Below, piece by piece: positions 1-25,779 of a stretch of 64,000 bases of DNA (its first letter is position 1; each line of letters starts with the position of its first letter). The notes below the pieces were generated by a model. That model was not told the origin of the DNA. It worked only from the letters and a program-made list of their open reading frames with translations, and did no database searches. Origin of the DNA: the human T2T-CHM13v2.0 reference genome, Homo sapiens; the NCBI RefSeq assembly GCF_009914755.1, contig NC_060944.1; one strand, written 5' to 3'. A program made the position numbers and the translations under genes.

Positions 1-59
1 CGAGGGCCTGAGAGTCAGAGGCTCCTGGGGCGGCAGTATTTCCATCTCGCAAAGACGAG

Positions 60-1950
<1,891 letters not shown>

Positions 1951-2556
1951 AAAAGGTGACGACTTGAGTCATGAATTCAACGGATTCCTCCGAGTGTCAG
2001 CTCAGGCCAGCCAGGGCTTTGTGGAGTACCCTCCCTCTAGTGGGGCTGTATGCACGATATCAAAACACCCCCAGAACACGCTGAGCGATGATGATTTGCA
2101 GATATTTTCCCACAGCAAGAGAATGGATTTTCCACCGTGGTCGTTGACAGGAATCGGGATCAGAACCACAGAAACACAGGGGCATGGGGCAGGGGGCACT
2201 TGGAGCAGGGGCAGAGGTGACGTCTGCAAACACCCCTGGAACAAACATGCACACGTGAGGCCCAGCAGCTGAGAGCTGGGTGTGGCAGGTGGGCAGGGCC
2301 CCCGTCAGGCAGCACACGGGGTGAGTCCAGCCTGGCAGGAGCGGGTGGGAGTCTCCAGGGACAGTGACATTCGGACCGTCGAGCTACCTATGACTTCTTC
2401 TGGAGGCCTCTAAGGGATATGTTTCCAAACTCTACTCTTTTTCCAAACTATACTCCTTTTTATATTTTTTTACAAATCCCTCGATGACACATCATATTAA
2501 TTGTGCATTTCTAGGAACTAAATATACAGGTTATATCCAAACTTATGTTAAGGCTT

Positions 2557-2911
2557 TGTCTTAGCTTGGGATGCCATGACAAAATACCACAGGCAGGGCG
2601 GCTTAACAACGAAAATTAGTTTCCTCACGCTCTGGAGACTGGGAAGTCCAAGGTCAAGGTGCCAGCAGATCTGCTGTCTGGTGAGGCCCCTCCTGACCTG
2701 CAGATGGCGGCAGGTGAGCCCTGGGGGCCCCTCCTCAGAGTCTGGGAGCAGAGTGGGTGGTGGGTGCTGTGTGCTCACGAGCGTGTTCAGGGATCAGGGC
2801 CCCGCCTGTGACTTCACTTTATCACTTCCTTCAAGGCCCTCCCCAGACGCAGCCACACGGGGGCTGGGGTTTCAACACATGAGTGTGGGGGTGCACATTC
2901 AGCTCATAACA
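2557..2911 (-). mobile_element. MaLR solo LTR (MLT1/MST-type)
   Basis: TGTCTTAG...CATAACA termini, typical internal GGGAAGTCCAAGGTCAAGGTGCCAGCAGAT, and 5-bp TSD GGCTT at 2552-2556 and 2912-2916. Confidence 0.85.
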
Positions 2912-2937
2912 GGCTTCAAAAAAAATCACCCAATTTT

Positions 2938-3579
<642 letters not shown>

Positions 3580-3710
3580 AAAATCACCCAATTTTAAAGC
3601 CAAATTTTAAATCTAAATTATTGTAACAAATCAAGGTGAAAAACACATAAAAGAAATCAGGATAAGCTGAAAGAACTCTCCCTTGTGTGAAATGCTAAAA
3701 TTTGGGTTTC

Positions 3711-7248
<3,538 letters not shown>

Positions 7249-8671
7249 TTATTGTCTCTGTCCCCGTCACCAGCTGCTCCCCAACAGACTGTAATGTGAT
7301 CAAAGCTGATTGCAGGTAATTCTGTTCATACCTGAAAGCAAAAACATCTAGAGAAGGCGCAGCTGAGTTCTCAAGCTTCCCAGGACAGGACTGAACAGGG
7401 GAGTGGATTAAAAGAGGCCAAGCCAAGCATCTCCCGAGCAGCTGTGGGATCGGGGTGCGGAGCCGGACGCCCTTCCCACCCCACTACTGACCAAAGCACA
7501 TGATGTCATCTTTTGGTTGAAACCCTTCCACCCAAAAAATAAAAAGACCATCCCAAGTGCAGGAAATTTTCTTCAACAGAACAATCAGATCTGCCGTGCT
7601 GCTGAAACAGGCTGTGAAAGGTGTTCAGGAGGCGAAACATTGTTCAGGAGGCCAGGTGGGGGAACCTCACATTCCGTCGGGCACCAGGAGGGCCGAGATG
7701 CCACGCACACTCAGGACAGGAGTCCCTGCAGGGACGTAACCTCAGAGGTAACTCCCTGCCCTCGTGTGATCAGGACGGCTGAGACCGTGGTGGGGGTCCT
7801 CCTCCCCAACCTTCGTGGAGAGAAAGAGGGAACACCAGAAGGGGACACAGCCACGGCCCCCTCCGCTCACCAGTTCCTGCTTTATCCCCAGCAAAGAGCT
7901 CTGGGGGCGGTGAGGAGCTGCTGTCAGCACAAGGGAGAGAAACCCTGAGACCCGCCGGAGGCAGGCCGGCCTGGTCCAAGAAGCAGCTCGAAGACCACCC
8001 TACCCTGAGAGCTGGGACCCTCACTCCCCTCCCGGAGCAGACAGGAGGCTTGCAGGCAGTGCTAGGCACCCGAGAGGCCATTGTCCCCCATCTGGAGCTC
8101 CCGCAGTTCTGATGTACGCTTAAAAATCCCAACATGTCAAGCTCCCACCTCACCAGGGTTCAAGTACACACTTCACAGAACACACAGATCCTCCTGTAGC
8201 AGCACCGCTTAGGCATGTGTGGGGCCATTTAGTTGGGGCACCTGGGCTGTTTCTTTACCATCTTCTCATGCAGTAGCTACACATCCACTTTGTCAAGGCC
8301 TCACCAGTCACCTCTCAGGTCCTTACTGTGCTCCCTCCGCAGATGAGAAGGAGACGCCAGGGCCTGGGGAGGCACGGGCCTGCCTGCCTGCCCCATAGCT
8401 GCAAACATGAATCTGAACATTTTAATGCTATTTCCCACAAGCTCTCATAGAAGTGAACTGCTGTAACTCAGAAATAAATTTCAAGGGATACTGTTTCTTG
8501 GAAGCTGCTCAGTTAGAATGAATTTGGCCTCCCTGCCTAGAAAATCACTCTTAAAAGCAAACAGGCCTCAGGGTCACCAGGGGCCGGGATGATGCACAGA
8601 GGGGTTGGGGCATCGGCGTCGAATGATCCACGGTGACCACTTGACATGTGTCCTTAGAAAAGAGACTTTGT

Positions 8672-9300
<629 letters not shown>

Positions 9301-10035
9301 GGGCCTTTGCTTCTATAAATGGGATGAAAATTAAAAATCCTCTTCTCTAAGATAGAATAAATCTTTAATGGAAACAAACTGACCTCCATGGGATCATGAT
9401 CTACTTCCAAACCCCAAGCTTCCAAATCCCAGCCTGAGGGCTCAGACGGAGGACGCAGCTCAGGGAGTCACTGGCCGCCACAGCGTGGGCAGAACCATCC
9501 TCCATCCTCACACAGCTCACAGCCTTGTGTCCTCATCTTAGCAACTCGGAATAATCTAATGGAAGAGTTTCACAGTTGCCTTGGAAACCCAAGGGATTTA
9601 AGACTCTAACAAAAGTACACAGCCAAAATCACTTGTTGGATTCTAAAAACACCTTCTGCTCGACAACTGCATTTAAAGCATTCAGCCCACAGGCTTAAGG
9701 AGTGCACTATTTCTCAGTGCCTGCATCGACTCTCATAATACAAAGGCCTCCAGCACGGGCACCTGCCAGCGAGTTACGTGCACGCACAGGGAGGTGGCCT
9801 GGGACCACTGGGAGGGGCCTCGCTGTGCTGACAACGGACCCTGCAGCGCATCTGTAAACATCAGAATAAACCCCCCAAAGCCGTGTCTCTTGCCAGGGAC
9901 CACTGCTTCTCAGATTTTAGTTGGAGCTAGTGGAAGATTATAAACAGTTACAAGCAGATGGAAAGGCCACTGGCCCTGACCTGCTGCCTGTACACTCTCC
10001 ACACGCACAGCAGCACATAGAGAAACGATTTTCCC

Positions 10036-10355
<320 letters not shown>

Positions 10356-10869
10356 TGAGCAGCTGGGACTACAGGCGCGCACCACCACGCCCAGCTAACT
10401 TTTGTATATTTAGTAGAGACGGGGTTTCACCATGTTGGCCACGATGGTCTCGATCTCCTGACCTTGTGATCCGCCCGCCTTGGCCTCCCAAAGTGCTGGA
10501 ATTACAGGCGTGAGCCACCCCGCCCGGCCTCGGATAACTTTTGTATTAGAAATGGGATTTCACTACTTTGCCCAGGATAGTCCCAAACTCCTGGCCTCAA
10601 GGGATCCTCCTGCCTCGGCCTCCCAAATTGCCTCCAAAAGGGATTTTGGGCCTGAGCGACTGCACGTGGTCACCAACTTTTACTGAACATCCAGGGTCTG
10701 GCCGTAGCTCAGTGCAGGACGCACAGCAACAACAGATGAGAATGAATAAAATCTACATTGTGTCAAAGTAGAACAGCATTTACCCGCAGGTGGGGTAGAG
10801 GCAAGAGGAAGGTACTGTATGACGGATACAGTTTCCCTTTGGGATGATGGAAAAGTTGTGATCGCAGAA

Positions 10870-11446
10870 CTTCATGCGCCACAGAAGGGCATTTTGGTCA
10901 GGGATGGACCACAGATAACCACTGTGGTCCCGTAGATTAGAACGCAGCCGGGAAATTCCTGTCACCTGGTGGCGTGACAGGAATAGCCATCGCCATCCTA
11001 GCCATCGCCATCCTAGCCATCGCCACATCCTAGCACAACTTTAAAAAATCAGTTTAGTGTAGGCCACGCCAAGTGTTTATAAAGTCTGCAGCAGTGCACA
11101 GTTCTGTCCTCAGCCTTCATGTTCCCTCAGCACTCGCTCACCCAGGGCAACCTGCAGTGCAGCAAGCTCTGTGCATGGCAGGGGCCCTACCCAGGCATGC
11201 CGTTATCTTGTATACCCTATTTTTACAGCACCCTTTCTATGTTTAGACACACAAACACTTCCCATGGTGCCACAGCTGCCTGCAGTGCTCAGCACCGTAA
11301 CTAACACTGGCAGGTTTGTGCTGGGCCTATAACCGGCTGCACTTTCTAGTTTTGTGACGGGCGCTCCATGACGCTCCCAGAGCAACAGAATCGCCTAGCG
11401 ATGCGTTTCTTGGAACCTATCCCTGTCATCAAGCAACGCGTGACTT
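10870..11446. mobile_element. Tigger3/MER7-like Tc1-mariner MITE inside an old L1 3' end
   Basis: Termini resemble CAGTCATGCGCC...GCGACGCATGACTG; the L1 3'UTR resumes after 11446 (aaaatggttaaaatggtaa). Confidence 0.7.
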
Positions 11447-12276
11447 TAATGCCAGTGAAATGTACATTTGAAAATGGTTAAAATGGTAAGGTTTACATTA
11501 TGTATGTTCTACCACAATGATAAAAGTTAACGTATTATCGAGCTGTGTTCACTCCCGGCTCTCGCAGATCTCTCAGCGACGGAGAGGAGGGACCAGGGTC
11601 AGGAGAAGAGGCCACACCCGCCCTGCCCAGGAAGCCCTCCAGCCAGGGGGGCAGGCAGCGTCTCCCACTGCGCCACCCACACACGGCATCTGCGACATTT
11701 TTCAGGGCCTCCCACCCTGCGGCTTGCTGTCTTTCGTCCTCCTCTGTCCACTCACGCCCTCCCACGTTCATTTCCAGGCTTCATCCTGGAGGAACCTCCC
11801 CACGGGCAGCACCTGCTAGGACACCTCCATTTCTTCTTTCCTTTAATTAAGAGACAGGGTCTGGCTCTGTCGTCCAGGCTGGAGGGCAGCAGTGCAATCA
11901 CGGCTCACTGCAGCCTGGACATCTTGGGCTCAAGCCATCCTCCCGCCTCAGCCTCCCAAGTAGCTGAAGTACAGGCACAGGCAACACCACACCCAACTCC
12001 AAATATCCTTCCTTGACTTGGGCCACAGCCTGGGGAAAAGAGCAGAGGCCAAATCCCCACAATTATTATTAATATCACATGCCCAGCACCATGAATGGTG
12101 GCCAGTATTCAGCAAACATTTAATTTATTATTTACAAATATGGAAGACACATAAGGGACAACCATTCAGGTGGTGACGTCCAGCTTCAACAGAGCTAAGC
12201 TCAGAGCCCCTTTGCAGTGAGTAATAGGCAGGACCCAAGGGGAGACCCTGTATCATGAGGTGTAAGAAAAAACATC

Positions 12277-12860
<584 letters not shown>

Positions 12861-13540
12861 AAAAGAGAAAAGAGAGGAAACAAACATCGCCTGTTGGCTT
12901 CAACAGCAGAACCCACAGGTGTCAGCAGACACAAAATCCACTTGCCGGGAAAGGCTGCTTCTTGGCTGTAACCTCTCAGGTCCCCAGGTCAAGGCAAGCT
13001 GAGCCACCAAGGACAAAGTACATTCACATGGTGTTTCCATTCAACATTCACTATAGCAACAGTGACCAAAGGCAGAAGTCCAGGATGAAAAGCCTGGAGC
13101 TGAAGGCCACCCTGGCAAGCGGCCAGTCGAGTTACCCCAGTCAGGGCTCATGGGAGGGTCCCACAGGCCAGGGGAAGCCGACCCTGCAGGCCACGCCCTC
13201 ACCAGGGCTGAGGGGTCCCCTCCCGGTGTCACCCACCCCCCGGCTCACGTCCCTGTGGCTTCAGAGGGGCCCAGCCCAGGCAGCCCCCGTGTGTGGGTGA
13301 CACCAGTGCCGTGCTGATGGGGACAGATACACAGGGTCTCCAAGGGCCCTGGTGATGCCCTGCCCTTTGAGATGCATTGGCTGCATTCCCAGCGGTCACG
13401 ACAACCTCCTGTAAGAGGAAGTGACCCTAGAAAGCCACCAGTGTGAGCCTGGACATGCGTCACTGCCTCCGCACAGCACGCGGCCGTGAGGCCTGGACAC
13501 ACTGGGGCAGCTGAGCCCCCGTAACGAGTGAAAGGCTTAC

Positions 13541-14477
13541 TTGAGTCTCGGCTGCTGAACGGCCACCCCGACGTCGGCAGGAAGGACGGCACCGGGGAGC
13601 TGGCCCGGCTGTCATCTTCCACCTGCTGTGTGATGTGCCGGACGGTCTCTTTGTTTTTCCGATTCTTCCTTCGGCCCGTGGGCTGCCAGGCATCACCAGC
13701 ACTCTGCTCTGAGAAAGAGTTCTGTACTGCACCGTCCTTGGCAGAAGGCAGCTCGCTCCCTCCGTACTGAGACGGTGAAACCTGCTCTTCCTTGATGCGC
13801 AGAGGCCCGTAGCCCACGTCTCCAGGCCATAGAGGCTGTGAAGAAACATCATCAGGGCCATCGGCCTTGGGCTCCTGATCCTCTTTCCCGTAGCTGCTCC
13901 CTCCGTCGTGACAGCTGGCGATGGCCGAGTCTCCGGAAGAATTGGCAGGACTCGTTCGCCGTGCCAGCCACGGGGAGATGCTCCTCCCGGCCATCACGGC
14001 CGAGATGAGAGCTTCCGTGCTGCTGCTGGACGAGGCGCCGATCTCGAACTCCGCAAGCTCATCTGAGGCGTCCGACTTGATGCTGATGTCCAGCGCCGCC
14101 TTGATGAAGTCGTGGCAGGCTTGCACGATGTCCGTCATCTGCAGGAAGCTGGCGGCTGACATCACCTCGATGACGTTCCTGCTGGTGAGCGCCAGGTGCG
14201 CTGAGTACATGAAGTCGATGATGGCCTTGAAGCCCTGGGCCGTGACGATGTCCAGGTGCGTGACCGTGGCCTGCTCCGACGTCTTCTGCACCTGGCAGTA
14301 GAGCGTCTTGAAGTAGCGGCTGCTGCCCAGCAGGACGTTCTTGTGCGCCTTGAAGACCTTGCCCTCCACGACCACGCAGACGTCGCACAGGACGCCGTGC
14401 TGCCTCTGCTCGTTGAGCTCCCGCAGCAGGTGCCGGTAGTGGGACGCGATTTCCATATCTTCCTTTCGGTTGTTCAT
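13541..14477 (-). CDS. ZBTB46: ZBTB46 first coding exon (exon 2), aa 1-312: BTB/POZ domain plus Ser-rich linker; CDS continues in exons outside the window
   Basis: Translation [56 protein letters not shown]... is a classic BTB domain and matches ZBTB46 as I recall it. Donor CAA|GTAAGC at 13541/13540; 937 coding nt gives a phase-1 intron. Confidence 0.97.
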
Positions 14478-14510
14478 TTGGAAGCCCTGGTGTCGCCTCT
14501 TCTACAGACT
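14478..14510 (-). other. ZBTB46: 33-nt 5'UTR part of ZBTB46 exon 2 with its splice acceptor
   Basis: Minus strand reads tcttgttcttacctccacag|AGTCTGTAG...CCAAATG: polypyrimidine tract plus AG ending at 14511. Confidence 0.9.
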
Positions 14511-14933
14511 CTGTGGAGGTAAGAACAAGAGTTACCCAAGCTCAGCACAGACAGAGGCCGTGAGAGGACGCCGGGCGGGGCGCAGGAGGGCCATGGGGCA
14601 CAGAGTGCGGCCAGTGGGAGGACGACCCACGCGAGAGCCCATCCACAGGTGTGCAGCGGGAGGCCTGTGTCTCCGCCTGAAGCAGGGCAGCAAACACCGG
14701 AGGGCACCAGTGCGTCCAGGGTGGGACGTCTGCCACGTGTTTCCGTGCTCGAGGCTAATGGGGTTCTGAACAGAATCCCACATACGGCAACTGGCATATC
14801 CCAGGAACGATGAGAACACCCAGCCGTGGCTGAGCAACTCTTACCCAAACTGAGAACTCGGTTAAATGACATACACTGTGGCCATCCCTCACGCTTGAAG
14901 AAACATTCTTAAGGAAAAAGAATAAAACTTCCA

Positions 14934-15244
<311 letters not shown>

Positions 15245-15589
15245 TTACACAAAAAACCACAGAATAAGGAATTAAAGCATTCATAGCCTTAGTCCTGAAA
15301 ATTTCCAAAACTCTGAGCTCAAACGAGCTGAAGTCTTCTGGAGGAGGGAGGCTTCCTGGCTTAGGCCTGGGTCCCTGCCCAGCACTGGGACAGGGCAGGA
15401 GGGAGCTCAGGCCCTGCGGCTGCCAGCGCCCTGGACGTCTGAGACACGACTGGTCTCTGGGTCCCCCTCATCAGAAGACAGCCCTGCCTCACAGAGTCAC
15501 AGGACACACAGAATCATTTCTGAATTGGGTACACCCCGTCCCGGAGTCTCTCCTGTCTCTCCTTAGACTCAGGGATGTGAGTCCTCCGC

Positions 15590-15962
15590 CTGTTCTCGTC
15601 TGCTGGGGCCGCCCTATCAAGCCTGGGAGGCTCAAACAACAGAAACGTATTCTCAAGTCCAGAATCAGGATGTCGGCCGAGCTGGTGCCTGTTCCAGCCC
15701 CTCCCCCAGCCGGCGTTCTGTGTGGAGGCATCGCACGAGCTCTGCCTCTGTCTCAACACGGCTTCTCCCGGTGTGCACGTCTGTGTCCAAATGTCACCCT
15801 TTCACAAGGACACCAGTCGTCCGGGAGTAGGGGCCCACCCCCACGGCCTCATCTTAATTAATCATATCCACAGTGACCCTGTTTCCAATAAGGTCACATT
15901 CTGGGGTCCTAGGGGGCTAGAACTTCCACAGACAAATCGTAAGGGGACACGTTCACCCCACA
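15590..15962 (-). mobile_element. MLT1-type LTR fragment
   Basis: aaacaacagaaacgtattctca...ccctgtttccaataaggtcacattctggggt. Confidence 0.7.
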
Positions 15963-16239
15963 GCCCTGCCTGGGAAAGAAACAGTGGTTGGGTCTCTCCC
16001 GTTACAAACCCCATTCTCCAGCTGATAAGTCAAGTAGGACTCACCTGAAATGCTAAATGTGTTTAATAGGAGAAAACTAAGCGAGCGTGGGAGTATTACA
16101 TGTCCTTCCGGCAAGGAGCCCCCACATGCAGCCCTCATGGGGGACGGGGCCGGGGTCGGGGGCTCAGCAGTTTTGTATCACACACTCCTGGGCTCCGACT
16201 GGTTACGACATACACACCTTCACTTAGTCATGACAGAAT

Positions 16240-18240
<2,001 letters not shown>

Positions 18241-20292
18241 CAAAAAACGATAATCTTCAAAAGAGATTAGTCAGCTACGGAAATATTAAGAATACACATA
18301 ATCTCTCTAAGCCCAGAACAGGGAAGTTCTAGGAGAATATTTGAATTTACATTTCAAATTCAATAATCTCTCAGCATCAGAAATCTGCTCGTGGGGCCAC
18401 GTCAACCCCACTGTGGTAGAAGAGCAGCTGCAACCCCAAAACAGAAGCACCCGGGGCTACTCAGGCTCGACACGCAAGCAGCGGACTTGAGCTCACAACC
18501 CGTATTCTGTGTGGGAAGCACCTGCCCTGGCCTGGAGGAGCACAAGATCTAACGGACACACCCCTGGCCACAGGACACACCTGTGGGCAGACAGCTGCAT
18601 CCACAGGACACACACCTGTTTGCTGGGCACACCTGTGGCTGCGGCAAAGGCTCACAAGCACTTGGTACATCTCAGGTCCCCGTGTGGCACCCCCGTGCGC
18701 GAGGTGCCCCTTCAGAGAGGAGCTCCCGATCCACACTGGGGCACAGGTGCCAAGTCTCCAAAGAGTGGGTGCTGCGGGCTGCAGGGACTAAGGGGCACCC
18801 GCGGCTGCACTGATGTCAGGTTGCCCAATAGCTACCCTAGACCCTCAGAGGGACGCCGCCTCTGCTGTCTCCTCCAAACACCGCCTCAGCTTTTTCTGAG
18901 GCTTCTTGGTATCTGCTTTACTTATATATCACGAATCTCAAGATCCTTCCCTTCAAACAGAATCGCTTATGAAACGGGCATCAGCATAACCACTCTGGTG
19001 ACCACAACAACCTGAAGCCATGCTCCAAACTCACAAGCCGCGTCACCGTGCAGGTGCTGGGGGCACAAACCCACGCATGGCTCCGCCTCAACCGCCGACA
19101 ACCAGGTGCACGGGACGCTGCGCAGTTACACCGTGCAGGCTCTGCCCCAGGTGCACAGGACGCGGTGCAGTTACATTGTGCAGGCAGTGAGGGGGGCTGC
19201 GTGGGGCCTGTCCTGCCAGGCAGGCAATGCGCCAGCACACTGTGCTTTTGGGGGCTATTTCAAACCCCAATAGCCACCAGGAGAGGGAGAGGTGGTCTCC
19301 ACAGTGCACGCTAACGAACTGAGGGCCTCAAAACCAGCACAGCTGGGAGGGATTCAGCGGCGAGCCTGTGCTTCTAGGTCCAAAGCCCGGGTGCTCCCAC
19401 CCATCGTGCCGTCCTGTGCTGGCACCAGGTCGGCCAATCCTCCCTGGGATCCGGGGAGCAAGGTCATGCACCTGTGTCCCCAGCAGAATGACCACCGGCA
19501 AACAGGCTCCGCCAAACGTGGCTTCTATCCTCCTCCTCCCTGGGTCAGCTGGAGTGAAGGAAGAGTGGCCTCTGCCGAATGCACATAGGAACGGCCCAGC
19601 CTCTAGGGCCATCTTGGAAGTGGCGGTGCCCATCCCAAATCCTCTCTCCAACAGACTCCCGGAAGGTGACGGGTGTCCATCATTGAGCGCCTTTGAAGAC
19701 TGTAAACAGGCGCGCTGCTGTTGAGGACGCACACTTCCCACTCACTCCAATCCTCTCATTTGAGGACGAATGTGCCCTGGCCACAGCCTGGATAGATGCC
19801 TGTGTCGCAGGACGCAGACCAAGGAAATCTGAAGACCGCGATGAATATACTCCATTTGCTGCACTGTGTGTTCAAAGTATTAATTTAGGGGGCAGACTGG
19901 GGTTATTTTTCCCCGCGTCCCTAAGGAGCTCTGCCCGGAAGGCTGTTTGTTCTAATAAAAATGTAAAACAGCAGGCGTGATTCAGGCGGTAGTGTGTCTG
20001 CCGCATCCACCGGACGCCCGATCCGCGTAGGGCACAAGGCAGGGAGGGCGGGAGGCCTCGGGTGCCCCCTGCTGGCAGCGCCTGGCACGCGGCGTCCCAG
20101 GCCTCCGGCTCCTCCCCTAGGGCCCATCCCTGCGTCTAATTCCAAACCACTCAGCGGGCAAGAACGACCCTCTCAAACATCAACTCACACTGTTTTACCA
20201 CATTCACACTTGATCTCTCTGTTTTGCCTCTGACTTGAAACCTGCATTTCCGTTAGGCTCCACTTAAACCTTTCATTTAAAATTCTGCTTAA

Positions 20293-23418
<3,126 letters not shown>

Positions 23419-24148
23419 GTGAAACTAATCTTTTAGCAGGAAAACGTTTTGAACAGACACATCACAAAGAAGAAGCATCAGCAGGCACACATGGACAGAG
23501 GCTTCCCCAGCTGTCGGGGAAGTGCGCCCGGAACCACAGCAAGCTCCCCCATGAGAGTGGCCAGGACTAAGAGGCAAGGCCACACCATGTGTCCTCGAGG
23601 ACACGAGCACCTGGAGCCTGCTCAGCTGCTGAGGGCACATGGAACGGTGCAGCCGCTGTGGAAAACAGTTCAGCAAAGCTGAACTCCACAGGACCCAACA
23701 ACTCCGGTACCTACCCGAGAAGCAAAACCACCTGTCCAGACAGACTCATGCGTGAACGTTCACACCAGCTTCGCTCAGAACAGCCAAGGTTTGGGAACAA
23801 CCCGAATGTCCAAATGTGCATCAACAGGTGAGCAGGTAAACACGGGATGCTTCCAAACTGCAGAGGCAGCTCAGGCACAAGAAGGGGCTGCTGGGCTCCG
23901 TCCCGGCCTCGGCACCCTGGGGCACATCCCTGCTCAGCCTTCCGTCCCCCTATACAGGTCACGTCCACGCCACACGGATTATCCCACAGTTACGCTGAGT
24001 AAGAGAAGACAGTCACCAAGGAAAGCGTGTGATTCCCTTTATAGGAAACTCTAGACAACAGAAGTGAGTCCACAGTGGCAGACAACCGGCCAGGGGCTGC
24101 CTGGGCTGGGGTAGGGGGAGAGGCTGCGGGAAGCTCCTGTGGTGATGG

Positions 24149-25593
24149 TGAGAGTTGACAGCATGCTGGCAAGCCCTCACAGCCCTCACTCACTCTTGGC
24201 ACCTCCTCGACCTCAGCGCCCACTCTGGCTGCACTTGAGGAGCCCTTCAGCCCGCTGCTGCACTGTGGGAGCCCCTTCCTGGGATGGCCAAGGCCGGAGC
24301 CGGCTCCCTCAGCTTGCGGGGAGGTGTGGAGGGAGAGGCGTGGGCGGGAACCGGGGCTGCGTGCGGCGCTTGCGGGCCAGCTAGAGTTACGGGTGGGTGT
24401 GGGCTTGGCGGCCCCGCACTCGGAGCGGCCCAGGGCAACGAGGGGGTTAGCACCCGGGCCAGCAGCTGCGGAGGGTGTCCGCCAGCAGTGCCGGCCCACC
24501 GGCGCTGTGCTTGATTTCTCGCCGGCCCTAGCTGCCTCCCCTCAGGGCAGGGCTTGGGACCTGAAGCCCTCCATGCCTGAGCCTCCCCCTCCCCACAGTG
24601 GGCTCCTGCAGAGCTTCCCTGACGAGTGCCCCTCCCTGCTCTACCGCGCTGGGTCCCATCAACTGCCCAAGGGCTGAGGAGTGCAGGTGCACAGAGCGGG
24701 ACTGGCAGGCAGCTCCACCTGCAGCCCCAGTGCCGGATCCACTCGGTGAAGACAGCTGGGCTCCTGAGTCTGGTGGGGACTTGGAGAACCTTTATGTCTA
24801 GCTAAGGGATTGTAGATACACCAATCAGCACTCTGTGTCTAGCTCAAGGTTTGTAAATGCACCAATCAGTACCCTGTGTCTAGCTCAAGGTTTGTAAATG
24901 CACCAATCAGCGCTCTGTGTCTAGCTGATCCGGTGGGGACTTAGAGAAACTTTATGTCTAGCTGAGGGATTGTAAATACACCAATCAGCACTCTGTATCT
25001 GGCTCAAGGTTTGTGAACACACCAATCAGCGCCCTGTATCCAGCTCAAGGTTTGTGAATGCACCAATCAGTGCTCTGTGTCTAGCTATCTAGTGAAGACT
25101 TGGAGAACTTTTGTGTCTAGCTCAGGGATTGTCAACGCACCAATCAGCACCCTGTCAAAATGGGCCAATCAGCTCTCTCTAAAACAGACCAATCAGCTCT
25201 CTGTAAAATGGACCAATCAGCAAGATGTGGGTGGGGCCAGGTAAGGGAATAAGAGCAGGCTGCCCCAACCAGCAGTGGCAACTTGCTGGGGTCCCCTTTC
25301 ACACATTGAAAGTGTTGTTCTTTTGCTCTTTGCAATAAATCTTGCTGCTGCTCACTCTTTGGGTCCACACTGTCTTTATGAGCTGTAAGACTCACCGTGA
25401 AGGTCTGCAGCTTCACTCCTGAAGCCAGCCAAGACCACGAACCCACCAGAAGGAAGAAACTCCAAACACGTCTGAACATCAGAAGGAACAAACTCCAGAC
25501 ACGCCGCCTTTAAGAACTGTAACACTCACCGCGAGAGTCCATGGCTTCATTCTTGAAGTCAGTGAGACCAAGAACCCACCAATTCCAGACACA
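24149..25593 (+). mobile_element. Solo LTR12 (ERV9; LTR12C/D-like), full length, antisense to ZBTB46
   Basis: Begins TGAGAGTTGACAGCATGCTGGC and ends CCAATTCCAGACACA. 4-bp TSD ATGG at 24145-24148 and 25594-25597. About 10 tandem CCAATCAG boxes at 24820-25220; AATAAA at 25334. Confidence 0.95.
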
Positions 25594-25779
25594 ATGGGGA
25601 CGGCCTGTGTCTCCAAAGCCACCGGCAGCTCCACCCAAGAGTTCGAGCTCATCAGATTATGCTCGTTAAACAAGTGCTGTTTGCTGCACGTAAATTATGC
25701 CTCAATAAAGGATTAGTTTTTGTAAAAATATTTTTCCTCAGCTATAATCCTGTGCTTATCCAAGGACCTCACTGCCATT

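Noticed and set aside
13921-14522. Antisense ORFs overlapping the ZBTB46 coding exon
   Set aside because: Expected shadow ORFs from high-GC3 codon usage.
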